From assembly GCF_018350175.1 (NCBI RefSeq), contig NC_058377.1, positions 60,946,001 through 61,010,000 on the forward strand: 64,000 bases of DNA, read 5' to 3'. Under the pieces are notes generated by a model, which saw only the letters and a list, made by a program, of their open reading frames with translations, was not told the origin of the DNA and did no database searches. Each line of letters begins with the position of its first letter. The stretch's first letter is position 1. Shown here piece after piece: positions 1 through 12,590 of the stretch. Made by a program: the position numbers and the translations under genes. The DNA comes from Felis catus (lineage: Eukaryota).

Positions 1-842
1 GAAGACATCTAGATGGCCAACTGACACATGATGAAATGCTCAACATCACTCCTCATCAGGGAAATACAAATCAAAACCACAATGAGATACCACCTCACAC
101 CTGTCCGAATGGCTAACATTAACAACTCAGGCAGCAACAGATGTTGGTGAAGATGTGGAGAAAGAGGATCTCTTTTGCACTCTGATGGCAATGCAAACTG
201 GTACAGCCACTCTGGAAAACAGTATGGAGGTTCCTTACAAAATTAAAGAATAGAACTACTCTATGACCCTGATGGATCATTGCACTACTAGGTATTTATC
301 CAAGGGATACAGATATGTTGTTTTGAAGGGGCACATGTATCTCAAAGTTTATAGCAGCACTATCAACAATAGCCAAGTATGGAAAGAGCCCAAATGTCCA
401 TCGACTGATGAATGGATAAAGAAGAGGTGGTATATATAAACAATGGAGTATTACTTGGCTATCAAATGTATGAAATCTTGCCATTTACAACTACGTGCAT
501 GGAACTAGAGGGTATTATGCTTAGCGAAATTAGTCAGAGAAAGACAAATATCATATGACTTTACTCATATGTGGAATTTAAGATACAAAACAGATGAACA
601 TAAGGGAAGGGAAGCAAAAATAATATAAACACAGGGAGGGGGACAAAACATAAGAGAATCTTAAATATGGAGAACAAACAGAGGGTTGCTGGAGGGGTTG
701 TGGGAGTGGGGGATGGGCTAAAAAGGTAAGGGGCATTAAGGAATCTACTCCTGAAATCATTTTTGCACTATATGCTAAATAACTTGGATGTAAATTTAAA
801 AGAACAAAAAAAACCCACAAAACAAAAACAAAAACAAAAAAA
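1..842 (+). mobile_element. L1 3' end (ORF2 C-terminus, 3' UTR, A-rich tail), carnivore type
   Basis: L1 ORF2-terminal sequence (caaatcaaaaccacaatgagataccacctcacacc; gatgaatggataaagaag) and A-rich tail at 798-842; truncated by the window start. Confidence 0.92.
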
Positions 843-935
843 CAGCTGCATCTTAAACTCACCAAGTTGTGCACATTAAATATGTATAGCTTTTTGTATG
901 TCAATCATATGTCAATAAAGTGGTTTAAAAAAATA
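843..935 (+). mobile_element. Older L1M 3' terminus
   Basis: aaactcaccaagttgtgcacattaaatatg...tcaataaagtggtttaaaaaaa resembles an L1MB/MC end. Confidence 0.6.
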
Positions 936-1398
936 GGTAGCATTGCCGTCATTTGCAAGATAGTAATACTTGGTTGTAGACATGGAAGTAAATATATATT
1001 TTAAACCAGGTTTATTCATCAAACTGTGAAGATCCTCCCGTATTAAGATATCTCAAATATTTTTTTTCACTCATTGATTCCCCCTGAAGCTTTCCTAGTT
1101 CAGATTTAAAATTTCCCTTGGATTAACCTATAATCTTGTACGTTGAGATTAACTGTTTAAAGGATCTTTTTAAAATATAAATGTCACCACACTTAAAATC
1201 CTTCAAGAGATGTCCAATAAGTTACAAGGTAGTGTTGAGGCTCCATATTTGCACAAAGATTTTCCATTATTCAATACCTGCTTTTATCTACTACTTTTTC
1301 TGTTAATTCTCTGGCTTGCACTCCAACAATGTAATATAGATCTCACACTGTTACTTACACCTAATCCTTTGCTTATGGTATGTTGTATGTCAGGATGC

Positions 1399-1555
1399 TG
1401 TATTAGTTTTTTATTGCTGCATAACAATCATCATAAACCTAATGGCTTACAACAACGCAAATTTATTATCTTACAATTCTACAGGTTAGAGGTCTGATAT
1501 GAGTTTTACTGACCTAAAGTCAAGGTGTTGGGAAGCCTGAATTTCTTTCTGGAGA
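1399..1555 (-). mobile_element. MLT1 (ERVL-MaLR) LTR fragment
   Basis: tgtattagttttttattgctgcataaca...aaatttattatcttacaattct...aagtcaaggtgttgg. Confidence 0.7.
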
Positions 1556-2084
1556 AATTGAGTGATTACTAAAATTGCAGACATGAAGACTGGGCTCCAG
1601 TCTCTTTGGAGCCACTTCCTTTGTTCTAAAACTTTTTATGCTATGTCTTCCAGGATAAAAAGGAAAAAGAACAAATTGAAAGAAATTGGATGTTTGGGGA
1701 TACTGATAGGCCAGATGTGCAAAGTGGTCATCAATAGGACAGAGCTTGTAGAATAATGGTTTATTTCATTCATGTAACTGTGGATTGTTCAAAAATTGAA
1801 CTAAGATATGGTTTGCCACAGACCATACCCTACCACTTGCTATTCATGTTCCACTATTTTTCTTTACTCCTTGACTTTACTGAATGGCCTCCACAGGGAT
1901 TTGAGTTTATGACTCCAATTCTAAGTTTTCTTTGAGAGAGATAGGTGAGGGAGTAGTCTTGCCCTACTATACGTTTAAAATATGATTCCAGGTCATGAAT
2001 TTATTTCCACACCATGGACTTCTTTTCCAAGCTCCAAATGCCTAATTGACTACACTTTTTAATGAGAATAATGATAATAATAAT

Positions 2085-2330
2085 ACTTCACAATTATTAA
2101 CCATTTACTAAGTGCCATATATTGTACAAAATGCTTTACATAATATATGGTACCTTATTACATTTATTCCTCTATTAACCCATTAGGAGGTATTATTTAT
2201 CCCTGTTCGACAGATGAGAAAGTAGGAGCTTATAGGGGTAAAAAAACAACAACAAAAACTTTTCTGGATACATAGCTAGTAATCTGAATATGATCTGGAT
2301 TCATCTCAGGCTGACCTATTCCTGAGCTTG
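2085..2330 (-). mobile_element. MIR fragment
   Basis: ccatttactaagtgcc...tgctttaca...aggtattatttatccctgttcgacagatgagaaa. Confidence 0.6.
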
Positions 2331-2337
2331 AGTTCTT

Positions 2338-2562
2338 TTTTTAAAAGTTTTTTTTCAACGTTTATTTTTTTCTTTTTGGGACAGAGAGAGACAGAGCATG
2401 AACGGGGAAGGGGCAGAGAGAGAGGGAGACACAGAATCAGAAACAGGCTCCAGACTCTGAGCCATCAGCCCAGAGCCTGACGCGGGGCTCGAACTCACGG
2501 ACCGCGAGATCGTGACCTGGCTGAAGTCGGACGCTTAACCGACTGCGCCACCCAGGCGCCCC
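2338..2562 (-). mobile_element. Young felid Can-SINE (SINEC_Fc type)
   Basis: CpGs intact, tRNA-derived head, (CT)n and A tail; target-site duplication (TSD) TGAGTTCTT at 2329-2337 and 2563-2571. Confidence 0.95.
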
Positions 2563-3869
2563 TGAGTTCTTAACCACTATACACTCTCTGTGTTACATAG
2601 GCAACTGGAGCTCAATATCTTCAAAATGCAATTAATTAATTCCTCCCTTTAAGCCTATTCCTTATAAAGTATTCTTTATCTCATTAAATAGAACTCTCAT
2701 ACACTTGATTCTTCAGAAGTCAAACCAGGAAGTGATCTTCATTCCTTCCTGACTATTGTTAAAATCACACATACAATAAATACCAAATCATGAAAATTCC
2801 AAGTCATGAAATTTCTTTCTTCTATATATCTCATGATACTATTCACTCTTCTTGCCAGTTGTACTGTGGTGCTTGATGATTTCTTACTTGGACTTCTGCA
2901 ACACTTCTTACTTGCTTTTCCTTTATCAACCCTTCCCTAATGCATTCTTTATATCATAGCCCTGCTGAGTATCTTAAAATGCAAATATGATTATGTTACT
3001 TCCCTGGGTAAATTCTTCATTGGTTTCCCTTTACTCTAAAGATACAATTTCTATTCTTTGTTTTGGCCTGTGTATACCTTCTCAGCTAACTCTATGCCTA
3101 ACTCACAGTCTAGTCTTCTGCCACACTTTTTATTCTTTCTGCTACCACTATCTGGGACTTATCTCAGTTCTACAAATACGCTATATTCTTCATCCCTACA
3201 TCCATTTCTTTAGTGGAATACAGAGGGAGGAAAATATAATGTACAGTGTCTGGTAAATAAGTAAAGGCAAAATCCATAGGCGTCATAAAATAGTATTAAT
3301 TTTTCTAATAACAGAAGTTGTTGAGGTTATAAGCAGAATGGTAAGCAGATTTGCATTTAAAAAACAGTAGCAGGAAGAGAGAGAGAGACAAGAAGAACAG
3401 ACATTAAGCTATTGCATTTATCTAAGTAAATATGTCAAGAAATAGAGATAAAAGTTCAGTTTCAATTCTATTAGAGTGGGGAGTCTGGTATCTTTGAGTC
3501 TCTGCATTTGTTTTTCTCTTTGCCTAGGAGGTCTCACTGTCAAATCCATACTATCAACATATGAGGAAATGAAGAGGGTCTATGCCTTTTGTAAAACAAT
3601 ACCAGATGGATAGAAAGTACACATTCCATATGTGTTATGAAAAAGACATCACAGAATGAAATAATGTACATGGTCATTCTTGGTGTCTGAAATTAGTGCT
3701 TAATAAAACTTCTATAATATATATGTGAATTTCCAGGGAAAGATCTACTCCTTTCTGGAAAACTTCAAAATACCAAGAAGTGACTTTTGTTAATAAGATA
3801 TAGAGGAAATTGTATTCTTTTATTACTTCATTATTTTTTATATCATAATAAAAGAAACATCTGTTAGAG

Positions 3870-4360
3870 CAATTCTGAAATATTTTGGCCTTAAGATTCC
3901 TTTAAACTCTTTAACAATTATTGAGAACCCCACAGATCATTTATTTATGGGGCATTGTTTCTATTGATATTTACCATATTAGAGATTAAAACTGGGTCAT
4001 ATTACTTACGTATTAATTCATTAAAATAACAATAATAAGGGGCACCTGGGTGGCTGTTGGTTAAGTGTGCAACTTAGGCTCAAGTCATAATCTCGTGGTT
4101 AGTGAGTTCGAGCCCCACATCATGCTCTGTGCTGACAGCTCAGAGCCTGGAGCCTGCTTCGGATTCTGTGTCTCCCTCTCTCTCTGCCCCTCTCCCACTT
4201 GTGCTCTGTCTCCCTCTTTCTCAAAAATAAACATTAAAATTTTTTTAAAAAATAAAATAAAATAACAATAAGCCCATTGCATATTCACATAAATAACACG
4301 TTTTAAAAATAAAAGAATAAAACAAAACTGAAATAATTTAGTGAGAAGAGTAGCATTAGT
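3870..4360. mobile_element. Old DNA-transposon (probably hAT) fragment interrupted by a Can-SINE
   Basis: attattgagaacccc...tttaccatattagagattaaaactg and tttagtgagaagagtagcatt resemble a mammalian MER/Charlie-type consensus; family uncertain. Confidence 0.4.
4039..4262 (+). mobile_element. Can-SINE
   Basis: ggggcacctgggtggct head; TSD AAAATAACAATAA. Confidence 0.92.
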
Positions 4361-4734
4361 TCTCCAGAGCTTATTCATCCCGTATAACTGAACCTTTGTA
4401 CTCTCTAGAGATCTAGTGTATGCCATGGTGACTACAGTTAATACTGTCTTGTGTACATAATATTTGCCAAGAAAGTTGATACCCATTGTATAGTTTTCCC
4501 TAACTCTATATGCCATTGCTCCAAATTAGATTTCTAGGCCTCTCCTTTCTCACAGTGTTCTACATCCAAAACTGAAAACATCCTATCAACTGTACCTTCT
4601 AAATATGTTCCAAATTTGTCCACATGTCTCCATCTCTATTGGTACTACCTTACGTCTAATAATATTATCTCCTACCTGAGTTAGTGTGTCTCTTCTAACT
4701 CTTCTCCTACTGTCCAGTCTTGCTTTCTGAGCCT

Positions 4735-5687
4735 TTTTTTTTTGCCAATTAAAAAAGAAATTTGAGGATAGTTGACACACAATGTGTTTTTTTAAGTTTT
4801 TTTTTAAATTTAATGTTTATTTATTTTTGAGAGAGGGGGAGACAGAGCATGAGCAGGGGAGGGATAGAGAGAGACACACACACAGAATTCCAAGCAGGCT
4901 GCAGGCTCTGAGCTGTCACCACAGAGCCCGACATGGGGCTCAAACTCACAAACGGTGAGATCATGACCTGAACCGAAGTTGGATGCTTAAGCTACTGAGC
5001 CACCCAGGCACCCCAACACACAATCTTAATTTCAGGTGTACAACATAGTGATCCAACAAGTTTATATGTTGTGCTGCACTCACCACAAGTGTAGCTACCA
5101 TCTCTCACCATACAATGCTATTATAATATCATTGACTATATTCCTTATGCTGTACTCTTACCCTGTTATTTATTTATTCTGTAATTGAAAGCTTGTATCT
5201 CCCTCTTCCCTCCATCCTTTTTGCCCATCACTCTACCCTGTCTTCTCTGGCAATTGTTAGTTTGTTTTCTGTATTTATAGGTATGATTCTGCTTTTTATC
5301 TGTTTACTCATTTGTTTTGTTTTTTAGATTCCACATATAAATGAAATCATCTGGTATTTGTCTTTCTCTGTCTGACTCATTTCATTTAGCATAATACTCT
5401 CTAGGTTCATCCATGTCATTGCAAATGACACAACTTACTCTTTTTTGTGACTGAATAATATTCAAATATTTACCACATCTTCTTTATCCATTCACCTATT
5501 CATGAATGCTTGGGTTGCATCTATATCTTGACTACTGTGGAAAATAGTATGGAGTTTCCTCAAAAAATTAGAAATAGAAATACCATATGATTCAATAATT
5601 CCACTACTGGGTATTTACCCAAATAAAATGAGAAGACTAATTCAGAAAGATATATGTACCTCTGTGTTTACTGCAGCATTTTTTACA
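4735..5687 (-). mobile_element. 5'-truncated L1 with 5' inversion, within an L2 remnant; carries a Can-SINE
   Basis: Minus-strand L1 3' end at 4735-5538, then the adjacent upstream L1 segment in plus orientation at 5534-5687. Confidence 0.8.
4785..5014 (-). mobile_element. Can-SINE
   Basis: Ends cacccaggcacccc; TSD ACACACAAT. Confidence 0.92.
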
Positions 5688-5699
5688 TGCTCTTCTTTA

Positions 5700-6421
5700 T
5701 AATTTGAATCCTTTTCCCAAAGATGTCCATGTGCTACTTCCTCACATTCTTGAAATATCACTTCTCAGTGAGGCTTTTCTTGACCATCAAATACAGTCAA
5801 CAGTGACAGCCTTTCTGAATATAGCCTTTACCCCTTTCCTACTTTAATTTTTCTCCACAGCACTTTTCACCATCTAACATACTATGTCTTTTATTTATTT
5901 CTCATGTTGATTGTTTGCCCACACCTATTAAAATCTAAGACTCTAGAGGGCAGTGTTTTTGTCTGTTCTGTTCACAGTCTGGTACAGAGTAGCTGCTCAG
6001 GGGATATTGGGTGCATGAACTAGTAAACCTGCAGTCTTTAAGTTCTGATCCCTGTGTATTCCAGCCTGCATCTCAAGATAGCCTCCTCCTCCCACTCTAT
6101 CACTTGAATAGATCTCCAAAGGAATTATTTATAGTTTCTCAACAAATCACACTTTTTGTCATCTCTTGGCTTTTTCACAAAATACTCGCTTTATGTAGTA
6201 AGCTGTTTTTCCTTATTTCCAACTGGATAACTTCAACCTGAACTTCAGGACTTAATTTGTAGATCATCCTAAACTATTTCAGGTATCTCCACCAGACTAT
6301 AAACTCCTTTAAGGTGGAAGATATGCCTTGTTCAACAATTTATTCCAAGTAACTTTCAAAAAAGTCAATCATTAAGTATTAAATAATGAATGAATGAATG
6401 AATGAATGAATGAATGAATGA
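5700..6421 (+). mobile_element. L2 3' fragments ending in (GAAT)n
   Basis: cttctcagtgaggc...ctctagagggcag...tttgtctgttctgttcac; TGAA repeat at 6387-6421 typical of L2 tails. Confidence 0.6.
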
Positions 6422-6947
6422 GGGTTCTACACTTTATGCAAAAAGGCTGTCATCCATGTTTGATGGCAGCCTCATGGCATGCTACAATTATTGCCTCTTT
6501 ATCAGAGAAGTTTGGGCCTTAGGATTTTCAAAGGAAGGTGCAATTCTTCTCCTCCCTGTTCCTACCAGGTCCGGGTTAGATTCACTGCAAAGTTTAGCAG
6601 TTATGATCTTGGATACAAAGTGCTTGATCCACAGTTCCTCAGACCATTGCTAACGTCTTCTCATGGTCGTGGCTGGTCAGTTATGTTTTTACTTCCTCTA
6701 TCAAGGAGAACTTCTTCTGACAGTGACCTTGAAATATCAGCTTTGTTTAGCTGTCCTCTCTTCTGTCTTTAATATCAATTACTTGCTAATTCCAACAGCT
6801 AGTGTAGTTTCTTGCTCACATAGCTCTAGGCACACTGGTCCTTTTGCTATTCTTAGAATACTCTAATTTATTTCCATCATAGACCCTTTAAAATTCTCTG
6901 CCTTTTTGTATTTAAATATAAATATAAACATTTTAATAAATTTTATG

Positions 6948-7362
6948 TGTGGCCGTGCACTGAAGAAAAGGTGCTCAGACACCAGACTGAGTGGACATGC
7001 AGCCTGCCTCTGTGAGAGAACAGCAGCAGCTGGGGTCTGCACATAGTCTTTATTTTATGTTTTATTAGGTATAAACATCAAAGAGCCTCAAAGCATGAGA
7101 GGGAGCACAAAGGGTCTTAGACATTAACCAAACATACATCTGGTTTTACGTGAAGGCATAAGGGAGTGTGTGTGGTTTTAAGGAATGTCAGGGAGTTACA
7201 GTAGGTGCTGTATTTTAACTGTCCTCTGGGAGATCACGGGGCTCTGCATCTCATAATGCTATTGGGTTTGACAGTCTTGAGACCAGAACATTGCTGATGT
7301 TTCAGCTATTGCCCCATTCACCCTTCAGGACTTATAATACATGCTCTAGAAATAAGTCCACA
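6948..7362 (-). mobile_element. Solo LTR (~415 bp)
   Basis: Termini TGTGGCC...GTCCACA; flanks TTTATG/TTTATA (or TTTA/TTTA if the start is 6946); minus-strand AATAAA at ~7049 and ~7061, about 100 nt from the 3' end. Confidence 0.7.
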
Positions 7363-7789
7363 TTTATATAAATATAAAATATAATCCCCTTCCTTTAATT
7401 TTTTTTGAAAATCCCTTATTATAAAGGTCTTCCCTGCCCACAGACTACCTGGACATTTAGCACTGTCTTAAATAATTAATCACTTACTTTTCTATTGTCT
7501 GTCTCTCCCACCAAAATGTAAGTTAAAAGCATAGTCTTTTGTTGTTTTGTCTACTAGCTTCCTAAAATGGAAACTATGCCTGGAAAATAGCACATTCAAT
7601 GTTATTTATGGAATGGGGGAATACTCCTCCACCCACACAATTTTGGCTCATCTAACTTCTGCTTGTTCCTTAAGACAGCTAAGTCAGCCCCTCTGGAAAA
7701 TTATCCACGGTTCTCCATCCCCTCAGGGCCATTCCAGGGCTCCCTCTTTTCCTTATAACAAGTTTTCCATGATATATTTTACTCTGTGT

Positions 7790-7958
7790 TCGGCTCAGGT
7801 CATGATCTCGTGGTTCGAGGCTTTGAACCTTGCATCAGGCTCTGTGCTGGCAGCTCAGAGCCTGGAGTCTTTGGATTCTATGTCTCCCTCTCTCTCTGCC
7901 CCTCCCTGGCTCACACTGTCTCTCTCTCAAAAATAAACATTAAAAAATTTTAAAAAAA
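7790..7958 (+). mobile_element. 5'-truncated Can-SINE
   Basis: cggctcaggtcatgatctc...ctctctcaaaaataaacattaaaaaa. Confidence 0.88.
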
Positions 7959-8808
7959 GAATGAAAGTAACTAAAGTTTATTGTGAGCTGAGAAACATGC
8001 TAATAATTTTATGTGAAACTTTCATATATATCATATATTTAAATTGTGTAGAGATCCTTTTGGGTTAGGCATTGTTATTGTTAGATTCATTTTAATTGAA
8101 AATTGAGCTCATATAAGGAAAATAATTTTCCTAAGTCACACAGAACGTAGAACTTTCTAAACCTGACTCCAGGTGTCGTATACTTTCTAATGTATCACAA
8201 AAACGTTTAAATTTTCTATAAGATATAAGAAAACATGACTCCCATATGAGGACTAAAATTGCAAGTACACAGCATAGATATAGATTCCGGCTGTAGAGCT
8301 GTATGCATGCTTCGGAATTTGCTGTGGCTGTATGGTTTTCCTGAAGTTTTGCATGTACGCAGCACCCAAGACACTCACACACGTCCTCTATTTTATTCTA
8401 TTTGTTTTGCATAAGTACCTTTGGATCTTCCACATGTAACACCCAAAGTTCACATATACCTTATCACTGAAGAAACAGCTTTCTCATGTCAGACAGAATG
8501 AGGCACTGGTGGGAGAAGGCATAACCTGTCAAGAGTTAAATGTCAGATATGCCAGATAGCCTCAGATAAGTCCAACCTCAAATGAGAACTGACTCCACAT
8601 AAACCTTGTAGTAGAGGTTTTGTCTTTGGCCCTTTGCCACTCCCCTTCTTGACCCTGCACTGTGCAGAAACATGACCCCCTCAATCTTTCCTCCAGATGC
8701 TCAAAACCTTCCTTAGCAGCATTTTAACCTGGCCTGCTTTCCTCACAGATACCTCAAAGGCAAAATTAATAATACTATATTGACATACATTACTCAAAAG
8801 ATAATTTT

Positions 8809-10211
8809 AATTAAGTTTTTAATTTTAATGCCAATATAGTTGACATAGAGTGTTGTATTAGTTTCAAGTGTACAATATAGTGATTCAGCAATTCAATACA
8901 TTACTCAGTGCTCATCATGATAACTGTCCTCTTAATCCTCTTCACCTGTTTCACCCACTGCCCCCCAACCACCTTCCCTCTGGTAACCATATTTGTTCTC
9001 TGTAATTAAGAGTCTGTTTCTTGGTTTGTCTCTCTTCTTTTTTTCCCCTTTGTTCTTTTGTTTTATTTCTTAAATTCTGCCTGTGAATGAAATCATATGG
9101 AATTTGTCTTTCTCTTACTGTCCTATTTTGCTTANNNNNNNNNNNNNNNNNNNNNNNNNNNNNNNNNNNNNNNNNNNNNNNNNNNNNNNNNNNNNNNNNN
9201 NNNNNNNNNNNNNNNNNNNNNNNNNNNNNNNNNNNNNNNNNNNNNNNNNNNNNNNNNNNNNNNNNNNNNNNNNNNNNNNNNNTCCATAATATGACTATTG
9301 TAAATAATGCTGCTATAAACACAGGGGTGCATGTATCCCTTTGAATTAGTGCTTTTGTCTTTTTTGGGTAAATACCTAGTAGTGTGATTACTGGATCATA
9401 GGGTAGTTTACTTTTAACTTTTTGAGGAACCTCAATACTCTTTTACAAAGTGGCTACACCAGTTTGAATTCCCACCAGCAGTGTAAGAGAGTTCTTATTT
9501 CTTCACAACCTTGCCAGCACTTATAGTTATTGGTGTTTTTTATTCATTTATTATTATTATTTTTATGTTAGAGAGAGTGAGAACAAGGGAGAGGGGTAAA
9601 GGGAGAGAGAGAGAATCCCAAGAAGGCTCCATGCTCAGTGCAGAGCCCAATGTGGAGCTTGATCCCATGACCTTGGGATCATGACCTAAACTAAAATCGG
9701 GAGTTGGGTGACCAACCAACTAAGCCACCCAAGAGCCACCTTGTGTTTTTTATTTTAAATATTCCAACAGGTGTGAGATNNNNNNNNNNNNNNNNNNNNN
9801 NNNNNNNNNNNNNNNNNNNNNNNNNNNNNNNNNNNNNNNNNNNNNNNNNNNNNNNNNNNNNNNNNNNNNNNNNNNNNNNNNNNNNNNNNNNNNNNNNNNN
9901 NNNNNNNNNNNNNTTTTGGCTGTTGATTTGTATCAGTTCTTTATATATTTTGGATATTAACCCTTTATCATATGTGTCATTTGCAAATATCTTCTCCCAT
10001 TCCATAGGGTGTCTTTTAGTTTTGTTGATTGCTTTCTCTGCTGTGCACAATCTTTTTATTTTGATATAGTCCCAATAGTTTATTTTTGTTTTTATTTCTT
10101 TTGCCTCAGGAGACATATCTAGAAAAACGTTGCTATGGTTGATGTCAGAGAAATTACTGCCTGTGCTCTCTTCTAGGATTTTTATGGTTTCAGGTCTCAC
10201 ATTTAGGTCTT
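8809..10211 (-). mobile_element. 5'-truncated L1 containing two N gaps and a Can-SINE (9540-9737)
   Basis: ORF2-like translation (RPETIKILEESTGSN..WEKIFAN..DKGLISKIYKEL); TSD AAAAGATAATTTT at 8796-8808 and 10212-10224. Confidence 0.9.
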
Positions 10212-10664
10212 AAAAGATAATTTTTTTTTTCTAGGTCAATGTGGTGGCAAAATTGTAATGGACAGATAAGAGGGTGTAAGGAATTATCTCTTTTTGGTTC
10301 ACTGACCTTTCCAATATCTTCAATCCCTCAATTTTTTTCTACTTATCACTTCCCCTGCTTCCACCCTAATTTTCTCTACTTTTTCCTGACTTGCTAGGAA
10401 CAATGACAACAAAAACAACTTCAGATATTTCTCTGGATATATTGTTCTCTCTCTCACCTCTGTCTCAGCTTTGCACATACCGTTCCTTCAGATTAGACCA
10501 TAATTTTCCGGTTTGACTGCCTAACTCTTATATATCCTGTCAGGCTGGCTACTGTATCAACTCAAGGAAATCTTTCTTGACACTCTGTTGTCCCACCTGG
10601 AAGAAGATATTTCTCTTTTTGCTTCTATATTAACTTATTTTTTACTTTGAGCAACACAGTTAAC

Positions 10665-11275
10665 ATATGGCTGTATAATAAACCACCCCCAAATTTAGTG
10701 TCTTAATAAACAAACAAACAAATAAACAAACAAACAGTTATTTAGCTTGCAAATCTGCAGCGTGGGCTGGGTTCGATTGATTATTTTATTGGATATCACC
10801 TGGAAATGCAGGAAAAATGGGGGTTGGAATAATATGAAGATTTTTTCACTCACTAGTAGTTGATAAATTTCCAGCTAAGGCTTAGACTTTAGCTTGGTCT
10901 GGGACATCTATATGTGGCTTCTCCATGTGGCGTGTGGTCTCAGCTTCTCAGTATGGTGGCTGTGTTCAAAAAGCAAGCATTGAGTGAGATAGGGGTGGAT
11001 ATATAAATAGGGGAAAAAAAGGAGGAGAAAGAATGAGTTTGGGGAAGTATATACCAATGAAAAACATATAATCTTTTATGACCTAGCCTCGAGAGTCTTG
11101 CAAGATCACTTCCACAACATTCAATTCATTGAACCTGTTACAAAGTCCTACCCTGTTACGAGGGGAAGAAAAAAACAGACTGTCTCTCTTGATGGGGGAA
11201 TGACAAATTTCTGGAAGAGAATGTAGGATTAGAAATACCTCTGTGGCCATTTTTGTAAAATACAATCTGCCATGT
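10665..11275 (-). mobile_element. MLT1 (H-like) MaLR LTR
   Basis: aaaccacccccaaatttagtg start and ggccatttttgtaaaatacaatctgcca end. Confidence 0.7.
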
Positions 11276-11464
11276 CATACTGCATTGTGTTTTCCCCCCA
11301 CCAGAATGATAGATCTGTAAGAGCTGTGACTTCTTGATCATTTCTGTGTGTATTTGTTGAGTAAATAAATAATTGTTTTCTCCACTTCATACACATTAGA
11401 TATTATAAAGGCTAGAGGAATAAGGGTATACTGAAGGAAATAGTACCTCTAAGACTAGACCCAG

Positions 11465-12406
11465 CTAACAACAAAAGGCATGGGCCACACGATCTCGGAT
11501 CTGTTTGGTCTTCACACTATAGACTATGGGGTTCATCAGGGGAGGGGCTAGAAGGTACACAAAGCCCATGATCACTTGGACAAGATGAGGTGCCTTGTTC
11601 CCAAACCGGTGGATGATGGACAAACCAATCATGGGAGTGTAGAAGAGGAGCACAGCACATATATGGGAAACACACGTGTTGAGAGCTTTGAATCTCTCAG
11701 CCCTGGATGCAATAGACAGCACAGTACGCAGGATCAGGGCATAGGAGAAGAGAATGAGCAGTGAGTCTACACCCACTGTTGAAACAATGACAAACATGCC
11801 ATAGATGCTGTTGGCTTTGATGTCTGCACAGGCCAATTTCATTACTTCTTGATGGAGACAATAGGAATGTGAGAGAAGTGCAGAGCCACAATAGGAGAAT
11901 CTTTTGAGCATAAAAGGCAATGGGAAAATGAGTGCTACACTGCGACCCAGGGAAACCAGGCCAATCCTGCCAATGACTGTGTTGGTGAGAATGGAAGCAT
12001 AGTGCAAGGGGCGACAAATGGCCACAAAGCGGTCAAAGGCCATAGACAGCAGCACAGAGGACTCTAGGAAGGACAAACAGTGAATGAAAAAGAGCTGGGC
12101 AAAACAGGCATCGTGACCAATATCTCGCGCCCCAATCCAAAAGATGCCTAGCACTGTAGGGAGGGTGCAAAGAGACAGACCCAGGTCAGTCACAGCCAGC
12201 ATGGACAGGAAGAGGTACATAGGCTCATGGAGTGAGGGCTCTGTTTTAATGATAAAAAGGATAGTACAGTTGCCCAGGATGGAAACCAGGTAAATGAAGC
12301 ACAATGGGATGGAGATCCAGATGTGCATGTGCTCCAGCCCAGGAATGCCACTCAGCAGAAAGGTGGAGGAAATGTTGCTGCTGCTTTCCAAGGGTCCCAA
12401 AGACAT
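11465..12406 (-). CDS. OR51G2: Class I olfactory receptor 51G2, 313 aa, intact
   Basis: Motifs LHEPMYLFL, MAFDRFVAICRPLHY, SHSYCLHQEVMKLAC, KALNTCVSH, PPLMNPIVYSVKTKQIR; N-terminal NIS sequon. Closely matches recalled human OR51G2. Start set at ATG 12406 (MSLGPLESS); the ORF-track extension runs through a (GTTTT)n repeat beyond a splice acceptor at 12449-12450. Confidence 0.93.
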   Translation of the reverse strand: MSLGPLESSSNISSTFLLSGIPGLEHMHIWISIPLCFIYLVSILGNCTILFIIKTEPSLHEPMYLFLSMLAVTDLGLSLCTLPTVLGIFWIGARDIGHDACFAQLFFIHCLSFLESSVLLSMAFDRFVAICRPLHYASILTNTVIGRIGLVSLGRSVALIFPLPFMLKRFSYCGSALLSHSYCLHQEVMKLACADIKANSIYGMFVIVSTVGVDSLLILFSYALILRTVLSIASRAERFKALNTCVSHICAVLLFYTPMIGLSIIHRFGNKAPHLVQVIMGFVYLLAPPLMNPIVYSVKTKQIRDRVAHAFCC

Positions 12407-12499
12407 TGTGTGTGAAGGGAAGAGGAAAATTGGATTCCTTCCAAATTCCTGAAATGAATTCAGAAAAAAAGCTAGAGGTCGAACCTGGGAAGAAATTAG

Positions 12500-12590
12500 A
12501 AACCAAACCAAACCAAACCAAAACAACAACAACAAAAACAAACAAACAAAACAAAACAAAACAAAACAAAACAAAACAAAACAAAAAAAC
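12500..12590. repeat. (AAACC)n/(AAC)n/(AAAAC)n compound microsatellite
   Basis: Direct reading. Confidence 0.95.

Noticed and set aside
2490-2562. tRNA-like A/B boxes
   Set aside because: tRNA-derived heads of Can-SINEs, not tRNA genes.
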